The notes below the pieces were generated by a model. The model made no database searches. It was not told where the DNA came from and worked only from the letters and a program-made list of their open reading frames with translations. A stretch of DNA of 64,000 nucleotides from positions 15,932 to 79,931 of the forward strand of contig CAXTYC010000024.1 in assembly GCA_964248365.1 (NCBI GenBank), in the 5' to 3' direction. The position numbers and the translations under genes were made by a program. The stretch comes from an uncultured Chroococcidiopsis sp. Lineage in GTDB: Bacteria > Cyanobacteriota > Cyanobacteriia > Cyanobacteriales > Chroococcidiopsidaceae. Positions 51,379-61,413 of the stretch are shown piece by piece (position 1 is the first letter of the stretch; every line of letters starts with the position of its first letter).

Positions 51379-51742
51379 TTCAAGGCTATTTTGGCAACAA
51401 GGGGGAACTATTTTTTGAAATTGACTTAATAGCTGCTGATAGTTCAATAGTTACAGTAAACGCCTTGCTAGACACTGGATTTACTAACTGGCTGGCGATG
51501 GATATCCAAGATGTGGAAAGTTTAGGATGGTCATTTGTTCGGCAACAAGATATGCGAACAGCACGGGGGAAGTAAGGTTTAATCTCTACCAAGGTAATGT
51601 TTACTTTGATGGTCAACAGTTGATTATCCCCGTTTTAGGTGGGAGACAAATTACAGAGATTTTATTAGGTTTACCCTGGCTAGAAACGCGGCGGCTAGTA
51701 GTAGATAGAAAAGCAGATTTGCTGACATTGGGATCTGATTGA
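51375..51742 (+). pseudogene. Clan AA aspartyl protease, frameshift in a G run at ~51565-51569
   Basis: ALLDTGF in the first frame and EILLGLPWL in the second; one more G would restore TARGEVRF. Confidence 0.8.
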
Positions 51743-51855
51743 AAAACGCGATCGCGCACTTTTAGGGAAAGGGGAAAAGGGAAAAGGAGACAGAAGACAG
51801 AATAGTTAATTCTTTATTTCCCCCACTCTCCCCTTGTCCCACTCTTTGATCGCCC

Positions 51856-54060
51856 CTAACGGGTGATAGTACCGCTCTGTGGAGAGCTGGCACTAGCGTG
51901 AGTTTTAATCGGAATCCGCCCAGCAAGATAGGCAAGCCGTCCAGCAACGGTAGCTAGCTTCATAGCACTAGCCATAGCAGCAGGATTTTTGGCTTGGGCG
52001 ATCGCTGTATTGATTAACAAAGCATCTGCCCCTATTTCCATTGCTTGGGAAGCTTCACTAGGCGCGCCAATCCCCGCATCTACAACTACTGGCACACCAG
52101 CATTTTCAATGATGATTTGAATATTCGCCGTCGTTTTCAGCCCTTGTCCAGAACCAATCGGCGAGGCTAAAGGCATCACAGTTGCACACCCAACATCTTC
52201 CAACCTTTTAGCCAAAATTGGATCGGCATTGATGTATGGTAAGACAGCAAAGCCTTCTTTGACCAACTTTTCTGCCGCTGACAAAGTGCCAATCGGATCG
52301 GGTAGTAGATACTTCGAGTCAGGAATCACCTCTAACTTGACAAAATTGTTATCTTCCTGCCCTAATAGCTTCGCCATTTCCCGACCCAAACGCGCTACAC
52401 GAATCGCCTCATCAGCAGTTTGACAGCCAGCTGTATTTGGCAACATCCAAATTTTTGTCCAATCTAGGGCTTCGGCTAAACCCTCGTGTCCTGGTGCAAG
52501 AGTTTGCACTCTTCGCACTGCCACAGTTACAATCTGACAACCGCTGGCGGCAATGCTTTGTTGCATCTGCTCTATGTTGCGATACTTGCCTGTACCAGTC
52601 ATCAAGCGAGATTGGAAAGTCCGACCAGCAATTGTTAAAGGTCGGTCAAGCGATTGCTCTAGGGCAAGATTCAAGGTTTGCATTTTGGGTGAAAGGTGTT
52701 GTGAGGGGCTAGGGGCTAGGGGCTGGGGGCTAGAACAGGAGGGGGTGAGGGGTAAGGAGCTAGAAGAGGATGGGGGGATGGGATGATAAGGTGATGGGGG
52801 GATTTCTCCCCAGCTGCCCAGCTGCTCAGATGCCCAGCTGCCCAGATGCCCCAGCTCCCCCTGCCCTCTTCTACCTGAGTAAAACCGCGAATAATGGAAA
52901 TGCTCTAGTAGGGGGTCAGATTTTTGCTCCCAGATCAAGTCTGCAATCAAGTTAGCTGTGATTGGGGCAAGCAAGATACCATTACGATAATGACCAGTAG
53001 CCAAGGTGAGATTTGGGCAGGAACTAGAACCCAAAATGGGTAACTCATCAGGTGTAGCAGGACGGAAACCCCACCATAATTCGTGAATGGGATAGTTTTG
53101 TAGCTGAGGAATTAGGCGGATGGCGCGTTGTAGTAAGGTTTGAACTCCAGCCGGAGTATTGTAAGGGGTAAATCCTACGTCTTCGCTGGTTGCGCCGACT
53201 ACGATCAAGCGATCGCCCTGCTGGGAACCTGCATAGCCACGCGGTACAATGTATATATCTGGTGCATATAAAATCCGTTGCAGAGCCAAATCATTGTAGC
53301 TATGCTCAGGTACTCGCACTGATAGCATTTGTCCTTTTTTAGGACGCACAGGCATGGGTATCAATTCCTGTGACCAAGCACCAGCTGCTAAAACATAGTG
53401 TGCGGCGTGGAATACTCCACCGGATGTCTGAACACCAACAACCTGACCCTGCTGCTGCAAAATACCCTCTACCACAACACCGTCACGGATGTCAACACCA
53501 ACAGACTCGACAGCTGACCAAAGTGCCAGTGCCAAAGCACGATTGTCTACCTGTGCATCTTCAGGATACCACCAGCCGCCGACAACGGCTTCACCCAATC
53601 CTGGCTGATAGAAATTAATTGCTTGTTTGTCTAGCCAGTAGGATGGAGCAGGGGAGCCAGTTGCGTGCCTCTGTTCCCCCCGTTGAGCAAAGGAGCGTGG
53701 AGCTGGGGAGGCTGGGGGATCTGGGTGAGAAAAGCCTGGGACAACTTGCCCCTCGCCTTCAGCCTCTTCATAAACTGGTGCTAAAATGCCACAAGCTCGA
53801 TAACCTGTGTGCCTACCGCTAATTTCTTCTAGTTTGCGCGTCCATTCCAGGTAGAGCGATCGCGATCGTAAGCACAAATCCAGCATTGGACTTGGGGGAA
53901 TTTTTTCTGCTTGGGGAGCTAACATACCTGCGGCGGCATGACTTGCCCCGCCATGAAAATCTCGGCAGAGTAAGGTTACAGATGCCCCGCGTAATTTCAA
54001 ATCGAGGGCGATCGCCAACCCAATGACACCGCCACCAATAATTAAAATGTCATTTGTCAT
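51856..54060 (-). CDS. thiOG: Fused glycine oxidase ThiO / thiazole synthase ThiG
   Basis: [25 protein letters not shown] (ThiO); [29 protein letters not shown] (ThiG). Confidence 0.95.
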   Translation of the reverse strand: MTNDILIIGGGVIGLAIALDLKLRGASVTLLCRDFHGGASHAAAGMLAPQAEKIPPSPMLDLCLRSRSLYLEWTRKLEEISGRHTGYRACGILAPVYEEAEGEGQVVPGFSHPDPPASPAPRSFAQRGEQRHATGSPAPSYWLDKQAINFYQPGLGEAVVGGWWYPEDAQVDNRALALALWSAVESVGVDIRDGVVVEGILQQQGQVVGVQTSGGVFHAAHYVLAAGAWSQELIPMPVRPKKGQMLSVRVPEHSYNDLALQRILYAPDIYIVPRGYAGSQQGDRLIVVGATSEDVGFTPYNTPAGVQTLLQRAIRLIPQLQNYPIHELWWGFRPATPDELPILGSSSCPNLTLATGHYRNGILLAPITANLIADLIWEQKSDPLLEHFHYSRFYSGRRGQGELGHLGSWASEQLGSWGEIPPSPYHPIPPSSSSSLPLTPSCSSPQPLAPSPSQHLSPKMQTLNLALEQSLDRPLTIAGRTFQSRLMTGTGKYRNIEQMQQSIAASGCQIVTVAVRRVQTLAPGHEGLAEALDWTKIWMLPNTAGCQTADEAIRVARLGREMAKLLGQEDNNFVKLEVIPDSKYLLPDPIGTLSAAEKLVKEGFAVLPYINADPILAKRLEDVGCATVMPLASPIGSGQGLKTTANIQIIIENAGVPVVVDAGIGAPSEASQAMEIGADALLINTAIAQAKNPAAMASAMKLATVAGRLAYLAGRIPIKTHASASSPQSGTITR

Positions 54061-54075
54061 ACGTAATGAATAAAT

Positions 54076-54156
54076 AACAGCTTCCCTCCGCTGGCATTAC
54101 CCAGTCTCAGGTTCTAAGGGACTATCTCAGCCTGGTTGTAGGCACCCCTAGCTATT
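54076..54156 (-). promoter_or_regulatory. TPP riboswitch
   Basis: AGCTAGGGGTGC..GGCTGAGA..CCCTTAGAACCTGA..GGGTAATGCCAGCGGAGGGAAGCT upstream of thiO. Confidence 0.95.
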
Positions 54157-54423
54157 AGTTAACACTTATAGCATTTAAGTTTGTGCCGACTCGAAGCAAG
54201 TAAACAAATCTTAAACTGCACATTGGATAATATTGACAAAGAAGAGAGTAGGGAGTAGAGGAGCAGGGGAGAGGGGAGAGTGGGGGAAATGAAGAATTAA
54301 CTATTCTGTCTTCTTTCCCCTAGCCCCTAGCCCCTAGCCCCTAACCCCTTTTATGTTTTATACTTAAGAATTGCCTTGCTAGTTGTTCTTTTGGTGTTCT
54401 TTGCCGCGAAATCTTGTCTGACT

Positions 54424-56085
54424 ATGACTCACGACTCCTCAACTCGGCTTTGGATTTATGACACTACCCTCCGAGATGGTACACAACGGGAAGGGTTATC
54501 AGTGTCGATTGAAGACAAATTGCGAATAGCCAGACAATTAGATCAGCTAGGTATTCCCTTTATCGAGGGCGGCTGGCCTGGGGCAAATCCCAAAGATGTA
54601 CAATTTTTCTGGCAGCTCAAAGAACAACCGCTGCAAAATTCTGAGTTGGTTGCCTTTTGCTCTACCCGTCGCCCCAACATGGCAGCGGCAGAAGATCAGC
54701 TATTGCAAGCGATTCTCGCTGCTGGAACTCGTTGGGTAGCCATTTTTGGCAAATCTTGGGATTTACACGTTACCGAAGGGCTGAAAACCACGTTAGAAGA
54801 AAACCTGGCGATGATTCGGGATACGATTGAGTACCTGAGAAGCCAAGGACGACGTGTTATATACGACGCTGAACACTGGTTTGATGGTTACAAACACAAT
54901 CGGGATTATGCACTCAAAACGTTAGAGGCTGCGATCGCAGCCGGTGCACAATGGCTAGTTCTGTGCGATACCAACGGCGGCACTTTACCACATGAAGTAG
55001 GTGAAATTGTTAGAGATGTTGTCACGACAGTAGGCAAGTTGCCCGAGGCAAGAGGCGACAACAATACCGCCTTGCCACAAATCGGTATTCACACTCACAA
55101 CGATTCAGATACAGCTGTTGCCAATGCTCTAGCCGCTGTCATCGCAGGAGCCAGAATGGTGCAAGGTACGATCAACGGCTATGGAGAACGCTGCGGAAAT
55201 GCCAATCTCTGCTCTTTAATTCCTAATCTGCAACTCAAGCTAGGCTACAAATGTCTTGAGGAGCAACAGTTAACTCAACTTACCTCGGCTAGCCGCTTCA
55301 TCAGTGAAGTAGTAAACCTTGCCCCTGACGAACACGCAGCCTTTGTCGGACGTTCCGCCTTTGCCCACAAAGGTGGAATGCACGTATCCGCAGTTGAACG
55401 CAATCCCCTGACATACGAACATATTCAACCGGAACAAATAGGTAACAGCCGCCGAATAGTCATTTCCGATCAAGCAGGAATAAGCAATGTATTGGCAAAA
55501 GCCCGTACTTTCGGAATTGAATTGGATAAGCAAAATCCAGCTGCCCGCCAACTCTTGCAAAAGCTCAAAGATTTGGAGAGTCAAGGCTATCAATTTGAAG
55601 CCGCTGAAGCCAGTTTTGATTTACTAATGCGCGAGGTTTTAGGCAAGCGACAACAGTTATTTGAAATCAAAGGCTTTCAAGTTCATTGTGACTTGGCGCA
55701 AGGAAAAGAAAGTCAAACCAGCAATGCCCTAGCAACAGTTAAGGTAGCTGTTAACAATCAAGACATTCTAGAAGCTGCCGAAGGTAATGGTCCGGTTGCA
55801 GCCTTAGATGCAGCGCTGAGAAAAGCCTTAGTCAACTTCTATCCGCAAATTGCCTCTTTTGAACTGACTGATTACAAAGTTCGGATTTTGGATGGCAATA
55901 GCGGTACGGCAGCAAAAACTCGCGTTCTCGTAGAATCCAGAAATGCTCATCAACGCTGGACTACAGTAGGGGTTTCAACTAATATTTTAGAAGCTTCCTA
56001 TCAAGCTGTAGTCGAGGGATTAGAATACGGTTTGTTGCTGCAATCTCCTGCCGAAGTCTTGCTAACCCTAGGTACTAAAGAATAG
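54424..56085 (+). CDS. cimA: Citramalate synthase
   Basis: YDTTLRDGTQ, EGGWPGANPKD, YDAEHWFDG, HTHND, GERCGNAN, C-terminal regulatory domain. Confidence 0.93.
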   Translation: MTHDSSTRLWIYDTTLRDGTQREGLSVSIEDKLRIARQLDQLGIPFIEGGWPGANPKDVQFFWQLKEQPLQNSELVAFCSTRRPNMAAAEDQLLQAILAAGTRWVAIFGKSWDLHVTEGLKTTLEENLAMIRDTIEYLRSQGRRVIYDAEHWFDGYKHNRDYALKTLEAAIAAGAQWLVLCDTNGGTLPHEVGEIVRDVVTTVGKLPEARGDNNTALPQIGIHTHNDSDTAVANALAAVIAGARMVQGTINGYGERCGNANLCSLIPNLQLKLGYKCLEEQQLTQLTSASRFISEVVNLAPDEHAAFVGRSAFAHKGGMHVSAVERNPLTYEHIQPEQIGNSRRIVISDQAGISNVLAKARTFGIELDKQNPAARQLLQKLKDLESQGYQFEAAEASFDLLMREVLGKRQQLFEIKGFQVHCDLAQGKESQTSNALATVKVAVNNQDILEAAEGNGPVAALDAALRKALVNFYPQIASFELTDYKVRILDGNSGTAAKTRVLVESRNAHQRWTTVGVSTNILEASYQAVVEGLEYGLLLQSPAEVLLTLGTKE

Positions 56086-56237
56086 CTAATAAGTAATTCG
56101 TAATTAAAAACCAACTACCAACTACCGTACGCGCGGGTTTATCAGATATACTTGTGAGGCGCAAGATAACTCGTTTAAAGAGCGCCCCTACCAATTACCA
56201 ATTACCAAATCAAACTCCAAAATAAGATGAGGGAATT

Positions 56238-57086
56238 ATTATTTATTGGTACAACGGCAACCTAGTACAGGGAAATACCCTAAAGTTATCAATTGACGAT
56301 CCTGGGTTACTATATGGGGCGACCGTCTTTACAACGCTGCGAGTTTATCACCAGTCGCTTGACAATGCTTTGACAAATTGGTCGGCGCACTGCGATCGCC
56401 TACGAAGCACTATCCAATCCTTTGGTTGGCATCAACCACAACCGAATCGACTACGCGAGGGTGCAGAAATATTAATCACACACTTTCCCATCCTCAGAAT
56501 TACTGTCTTTCCAGATGGTAGAGAGTGGATTACTGGGCGGTTGTTACCAGTAGATTTGACAGAAAAACAACATAATGGTATAGCAGTTTTGCTGGCAGCA
56601 GGGAAGCAATTTGAGCGATATTTACCTGCTGATAAAACAGGCAACTACCTGAGTGCTTGGATGGCAAAAAATACAGCCCAACAGATGGGAACTGGTGAGG
56701 CGATATTGGTAGATGCAAACGGTAACTGGTTAGAAACGAGTGGAGGCAATCTTTGGGGGTGGCTTGATGGTTGCTGGTGGACACCACCCCTAGAGGCGGG
56801 AATTTTACCAGGAGTTGTGCGTCGTAGGCTAATTAACTGGCTTAAAAGCCATAATTACCAGGTAAAACAAGAGCCTTGGTTGCCCGATATCGTCAAAAGA
56901 TTTGAAGCGATCGCCTACACAAATAGCGTAGTAGAAGTTATTCCCATTCACACCGTAATTGAGGCGCAAGGAGGGAGTAGGGGGGAACAAGCTGGGGCGA
57001 CGGTAAATCAGTTAAAATACGATCCTTACCATCCAGGTTTCCAACTCTTAAGAAAAGGATTAACCGATGAAAGCGTTATATATTAA
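56238..57086 (+). CDS. Aminotransferase class IV (PabC/IlvE-like)
   Basis: Frame is open upstream of ORF 56370: IYWYNG..DPGLLYGATVFTTLR; KTGNY, ETSGGN, ILPGVVR, TNS; only ATT is available as start. Confidence 0.85.
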   Translation: MIYWYNGNLVQGNTLKLSIDDPGLLYGATVFTTLRVYHQSLDNALTNWSAHCDRLRSTIQSFGWHQPQPNRLREGAEILITHFPILRITVFPDGREWITGRLLPVDLTEKQHNGIAVLLAAGKQFERYLPADKTGNYLSAWMAKNTAQQMGTGEAILVDANGNWLETSGGNLWGWLDGCWWTPPLEAGILPGVVRRRLINWLKSHNYQVKQEPWLPDIVKRFEAIAYTNSVVEVIPIHTVIEAQGGSRGEQAGATVNQLKYDPYHPGFQLLRKGLTDESVIY

Positions 57087-57249
57087 CATAATAAGTAAAT
57101 AAAGTCAATTGGATCAAAAGATCAACATCTATTAGTGATTATTCTTCATACCTGACAAGTAGCAGGATTTTCAGTTAGATTAAGAATAATTAACATAGTC
57201 TCTCACAATTAAAAGCCCTCGCACTTGAGATTTAGGAGGATAGAACCCG

Positions 57250-59088
57250 GTGAATAAACGGTGGAGAAACGCGGGGCTGTACGCACTGCTAGCAATTGTT
57301 GTCATTGCTCTGGGAACAGCATTCTTTGACAAGCAACCCCAAAGCAGAGAAACATGGCGATACAGCGATTTTATTCAAGCAGTTGAAAAAGGTAGAGTTG
57401 CACAGGTTAGGCTTAGCCCTGACCGTACAAGAGCTTTAGTCAAGCCCCAGGACGGCAGCCAAGTGATCGTAAACTTGCCTGACGACCCCGATTTGATTAA
57501 CATTTTGACTCAAAATCAAGTTGATATTTCTGTTTTGCCACAAACCGATGAAGGTTTCTGGTTTAAAGCATTAAGCAGTTTATTTGTTCCAGTTCTGCTT
57601 TTAGTTGGTTTATTTTTCTTGCTGCGACGCGCCCAAAGTGGTCCTGGCAGTCAAGCGATGAACTTTGGCAAATCCAAAGCTAGGGTACAAATGGAACCAC
57701 AAACCCAAGTAACGTTTGGGGATGTGGCAGGGATTGACCAAGCAAAGCTGGAATTGAACGAAGTTGTGGACTTTTTGAAGAATGCTGATCGCTTCACCGC
57801 AGTCGGAGCAAAAATTCCCAAAGGTGTATTATTGGTAGGACCACCAGGAACAGGTAAAACCCTACTTGCTCGTGCTGTAGCTGGTGAAGCGGGTGTTCCC
57901 TTCTTCTCTATCTCTGGTTCGGAGTTTGTCGAAATGTTCGTAGGTGTGGGTGCATCTCGTGTGCGCGACCTATTTGAACAAGCAAAATCTAACGCCCCTT
58001 GCATCGTATTCATCGATGAAATTGATGCGGTAGGTAGGCAAAGAGGTGCTGGTTTAGGTGGTGGTAACGATGAACGCGAGCAAACCCTTAACCAGCTATT
58101 GACGGAAATGGATGGTTTTGAAGGCAATACTGGCATCATCATTATTGCGGCAACAAACCGCCCAGATGTACTAGATGCGGCATTGCTGCGTCCTGGACGC
58201 TTTGATCGCCAAGTAGTAGTAGATCGCCCAGACTATGCCGGAAGACTAGAAATCCTCAAAGTTCACGCTCGTGGTAAAACACTAGCCAAGGATGTGGATC
58301 TAGACAAAATTGCTCGTCGTACACCAGGGTTTACAGGTGCAGACTTGTCTAACCTGCTGAATGAGGCAGCAATTTTGGCAGCACGGCGGAATTTGACCGA
58401 AATCTCGATGGATGAAGTCAATGATGCGATTGACCGCGTGTTAGCAGGTCCAGAGAAGAAAGACCGCGTGATGAGCGAGAAGCGCAAAACTTTAGTCGCC
58501 TATCACGAAGCAGGTCACGCCTTAGTTGGTGCTTTGATGCCAGACTATGACCCTGTGCAGAAAATCAGCATCATTCCACGTGGTCGTGCAGGTGGTTTAA
58601 CTTGGTTTACACCCAGCGAAGACCGCATGGATACAGGGCTTTACAGCCGCTCTTATCTAGAAAATCAGATGGCTGTAGCTTTGGGTGGTCGAATTACTGA
58701 AGAAATTGTCTTTGGTGAAGAAGAAGTAACGACGGGGGCATCAAATGACCTGCAACAAGTGGCGCGAGTAGCACGGCAAATGGTGACTCGCTTTGGTATG
58801 AGCGATCGCCTGGGTACAGTTGCTCTCGGTCGTCAGCAAGGCAATATGTTCCTCGGTCGGGATATTGTCGCTGAACGCGATTTCTCAGAAGAGACAGCCG
58901 CTATCATTGACGAGGAAGTTCGTCAACTAGTCGATGTTGCATATCGTCGGGCGAAAGAAGTTTTGGTAAACAACCGCCCCGTTCTAGATCAGCTAGCTCA
59001 AATGCTGATTGAGAAAGAAACAGTAGATGCCGAAGAACTGCAAGAGTTGTTGGCAACTAATGATGTCAGAACAGCCGCACTGGCATAA
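57250..59088 (+). CDS. ftsH3: ATP-dependent zinc metalloprotease FtsH3
   Basis: [11 protein letters not shown]-terminus, [27 protein letters not shown]. Confidence 0.93.
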   Translation: MNKRWRNAGLYALLAIVVIALGTAFFDKQPQSRETWRYSDFIQAVEKGRVAQVRLSPDRTRALVKPQDGSQVIVNLPDDPDLINILTQNQVDISVLPQTDEGFWFKALSSLFVPVLLLVGLFFLLRRAQSGPGSQAMNFGKSKARVQMEPQTQVTFGDVAGIDQAKLELNEVVDFLKNADRFTAVGAKIPKGVLLVGPPGTGKTLLARAVAGEAGVPFFSISGSEFVEMFVGVGASRVRDLFEQAKSNAPCIVFIDEIDAVGRQRGAGLGGGNDEREQTLNQLLTEMDGFEGNTGIIIIAATNRPDVLDAALLRPGRFDRQVVVDRPDYAGRLEILKVHARGKTLAKDVDLDKIARRTPGFTGADLSNLLNEAAILAARRNLTEISMDEVNDAIDRVLAGPEKKDRVMSEKRKTLVAYHEAGHALVGALMPDYDPVQKISIIPRGRAGGLTWFTPSEDRMDTGLYSRSYLENQMAVALGGRITEEIVFGEEEVTTGASNDLQQVARVARQMVTRFGMSDRLGTVALGRQQGNMFLGRDIVAERDFSEETAAIIDEEVRQLVDVAYRRAKEVLVNNRPVLDQLAQMLIEKETVDAEELQELLATNDVRTAALA

Positions 59089-59150
59089 CTTACAACAGCT
59101 AAGGGTGCGATCGCATCCAATCAATTGAAAATTGAATATCAACTCAAGAG

Positions 59151-59193
59151 CGGGGTATTTCTGAAATTTTATTAGATTGCCCCGATTTTTTTT
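59151..59193 (+). terminator. Possible terminator after ftsH
   Basis: CGGGGTA..TGCCCCG stem with a large loop, then a T run. Confidence 0.4.
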
Positions 59194-59411
59194 ATTAAAC
59201 ACAATTCCAAGTTTTTACCCCTCCTGCTTGTCAGGGCAACAAGATGGGTTTGCCTTGACTACAATGAAGCCTAGAAATAACAGACCGAGGGAACCCAGTA
59301 GACTATCCGTTGTGCATAACAGATATCTCACCAGCTGTGTCCGTTATACCAATTCGCCAAAAGAAGACAACAGATGATAAGCTAAGTATAAATGCTTAAG
59401 AGGAAGCTCAA

Positions 59412-59748
59412 ATGTCAGGAGTCTATCGTCTTGAGATTCACGAAAGTGCACAAGAACTCAAGCAAATGCTCTTAAAGGTCAGCTTGAAAATAAAAGTCTG
59501 AGCGTGTGTTTAGTTTATTGGCTAGGAACTATCGATGTAGGTGTGACGCTCAGACTTTTATTTTTTGCGCTAAATGTAATGTTGAAAAAGTAGCAAGTAT
59601 AAAAGAAAAAGTGCAGCTACTGTACTTGCTCAAAACTGAATATGCAAAAACTGTAACGAGTGCAGCACAGATGCTTGGTCGAAATCGTTCAACATCACAG
59701 CAGTGGCTTCAAGTGTATCGTCGCGGCTGGAATAAAAAGATTACTTGA
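59412..59748 (+). pseudogene. IS630-family transposase HTH fragment interrupted by a small inverted-repeat element
   Basis: MSGVYRLEIHESAQELKQML | VEKVASIKEKVQLLYLLK..LGRNRSTSQQWLQVYRRG; insert carries a 19-bp IR at 59487-59505 and 59546-59564. Confidence 0.75.
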
Positions 59749-59752
59749 TAAG

Positions 59753-60010
59753 CTAATCGGCATTTAAGTTGCATAATGAGAAAATAAAAGTCTCTGCAAT
59801 TTCCTATGCCACCACCGAGCAAGCATTTCCTAACCTCTGGGCAGATTAGTAAGCTGCAAAAAGCCCTTAAGGATAGTAAACTACCCCACGTAAGAGAAAG
59901 AATTTTGATTCTTCTCCTTCAGAATGATGGCAAACCTCAGCGCGAGATTGCTCAGTTTTTAGGCTGTTCACCCAGAACGGTTGCTTACTGGTGTGTGCAT
60001 GGAGACTTGG
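59753..60010 (+). mobile_element. IS630-family transposase 5' fragment
   Basis: KLQKALK..VRERILILLLQNDGK..EIAQFLGCSPRTVAYWCVHGD, then loss of similarity. Confidence 0.75.
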
Positions 60011-60559
60011 AATATTGCCTTGAAAAAAATGGGGAAGGTTTTATGAGTTATCTGTTGTGCATTACTCGTAATCTGTTTTGTTTGAACCTTCCCACAGGTA
60101 AGACTTGAAAAATTGGCACTTAGTAAACACAACACGACAACTCGTTATCCACAACAGCAACTCAAATAAGCTTCCGCCAATTTTTTGTTGCCATATTCCA
60201 GCCCCATTTTTTTGGCATCGGCTCCCATTGTAGATTGGCTCAAACGAAACAGAGGCATCACGGCTAAATATAAAACAGTCGATCAACTCGTAGGAATGGA
60301 ATGGACAATGGCAAGACGCCGTCCTGGAAGCTCTAATTGGTGCAGCATGAAGCTAACTGTAGCACAATAATCTATTCCGCTTCCTTATGTTTTAAGGTTC
60401 CCCATATTTTTTCTGGCTAATTTTCGTGACAAATTACCCTAAACATCCGACGATCTCCCTACGAGGGGGGTCCTTTATTTTTAGAGGTTACATCGGATTC
60501 CCAGGCTTTTGTGTTGAGACAATAATTGGCATCATCCACCACTAGGGTAAGAGCGTAAC

Positions 60560-60752
60560 CAACGCTCTGAGTGTAACGAGGGTTGGGTCCCACAATTCCT
60601 GCGCTTATGTTGTACTGTCTCGACTTGCTTTGTCTGAGGCAGATATAACGCCTGTACCCTTTCCTTACCACTCGCTGTTTTTTGTGCTGCTAATAACGTT
60701 TTGAGCACTTCAACAGATTCGACGAGCTCAATTTTAACAACGCGCCTTCATG
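60560..60752 (-). pseudogene. IS630-family HTH fragment
   Basis: Minus strand VVKIELVESVEVLKTLLAAQKTASGKERVQALYL, similar to the 59412 fragment. Confidence 0.65.
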
Positions 60753-60804
60753 GCACTTCACCTTGAGCTAATACTCTCTACTATCTGTAGCATGATTAAA
60801 GTAA

Positions 60805-60997
60805 AATGGTATTACTCCCAAAGCGTTCGGTCGTAGAGCGTACTTTTGGTTGGTTGAACTGGTGCCGACGGCGGAAGCAAAGAGTATGAGCAATTACCCG
60901 AAACGACGGAAGCGTTGATTTACCTTGCCTATATCCGTGTCATGGTCAGGCGATTGGCAGAAAAACTGACTACCTCATAACTTCTCAAACATCCTCT
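60805..60997 (+). mobile_element. IS5-family transposase 3' fragment with right end
   Basis: LLPKRSVVERTFGWLNWCRR / SKEYEQLPETTEALIYLAYIRVMVRRLA; terminal TTCTCAAACATCCTCT. Confidence 0.8.
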
Positions 60998-61413
60998 TAG
61001 ATGAGATGTGGAGCTACGTAGGAAATAAAGAGAATCCTCGTTGGCTGTGGCACGCAATTGATCGTAATAGTGGCAAAGTTTTAGCTTACGTTTTTGGGAG
61101 ACGTAAAGACGAAGTATTTTTGCAACTCAAGACACTATTGGAACCATTGGCAATTACTCGCTTTTATACGGATGATTGAGGTGCGTCTGAACGTCATCTA
61201 GAAGCAAACCAATATGAAGTCGGCAAGAAAAATACTTAAAAAATCGAAAATAAACACTTGAATTTCCGAACTCGTATTAAGTGACTTGCGTAGGAATTCA
61301 ATTTGTTTTTCTAAATCTATTGTTATGCACGATATTATAATTGGGTTATTTATTAATCGCTATGAATTTGAACAAGCGATTTAAAAATAAATCAACATAT
61401 GTATAACATTTCC
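60998..61413 (+). mobile_element. IS1-family InsB 3' remnant with several stops
   Basis: DEMWSYVGNKENPRWLWHAIDR..YVFGRR..FYTDD*..NT*KIENKHLNFRTRIK. Confidence 0.85.

Noticed and set aside
5786..58487. Many short antisense or overlapping ORFs in the track (in uvrB, ugd, ccm, ndh, thiOG, ftsH)
   Set aside because: Shadows of well-supported genes with no recognisable motifs
60062..60671. ORFs 60062..60286, 60185..60370 and 60459..60671
   Set aside because: Lie within IS debris; no recognisable protein, and the last is an off-frame read of an IS630 fragment
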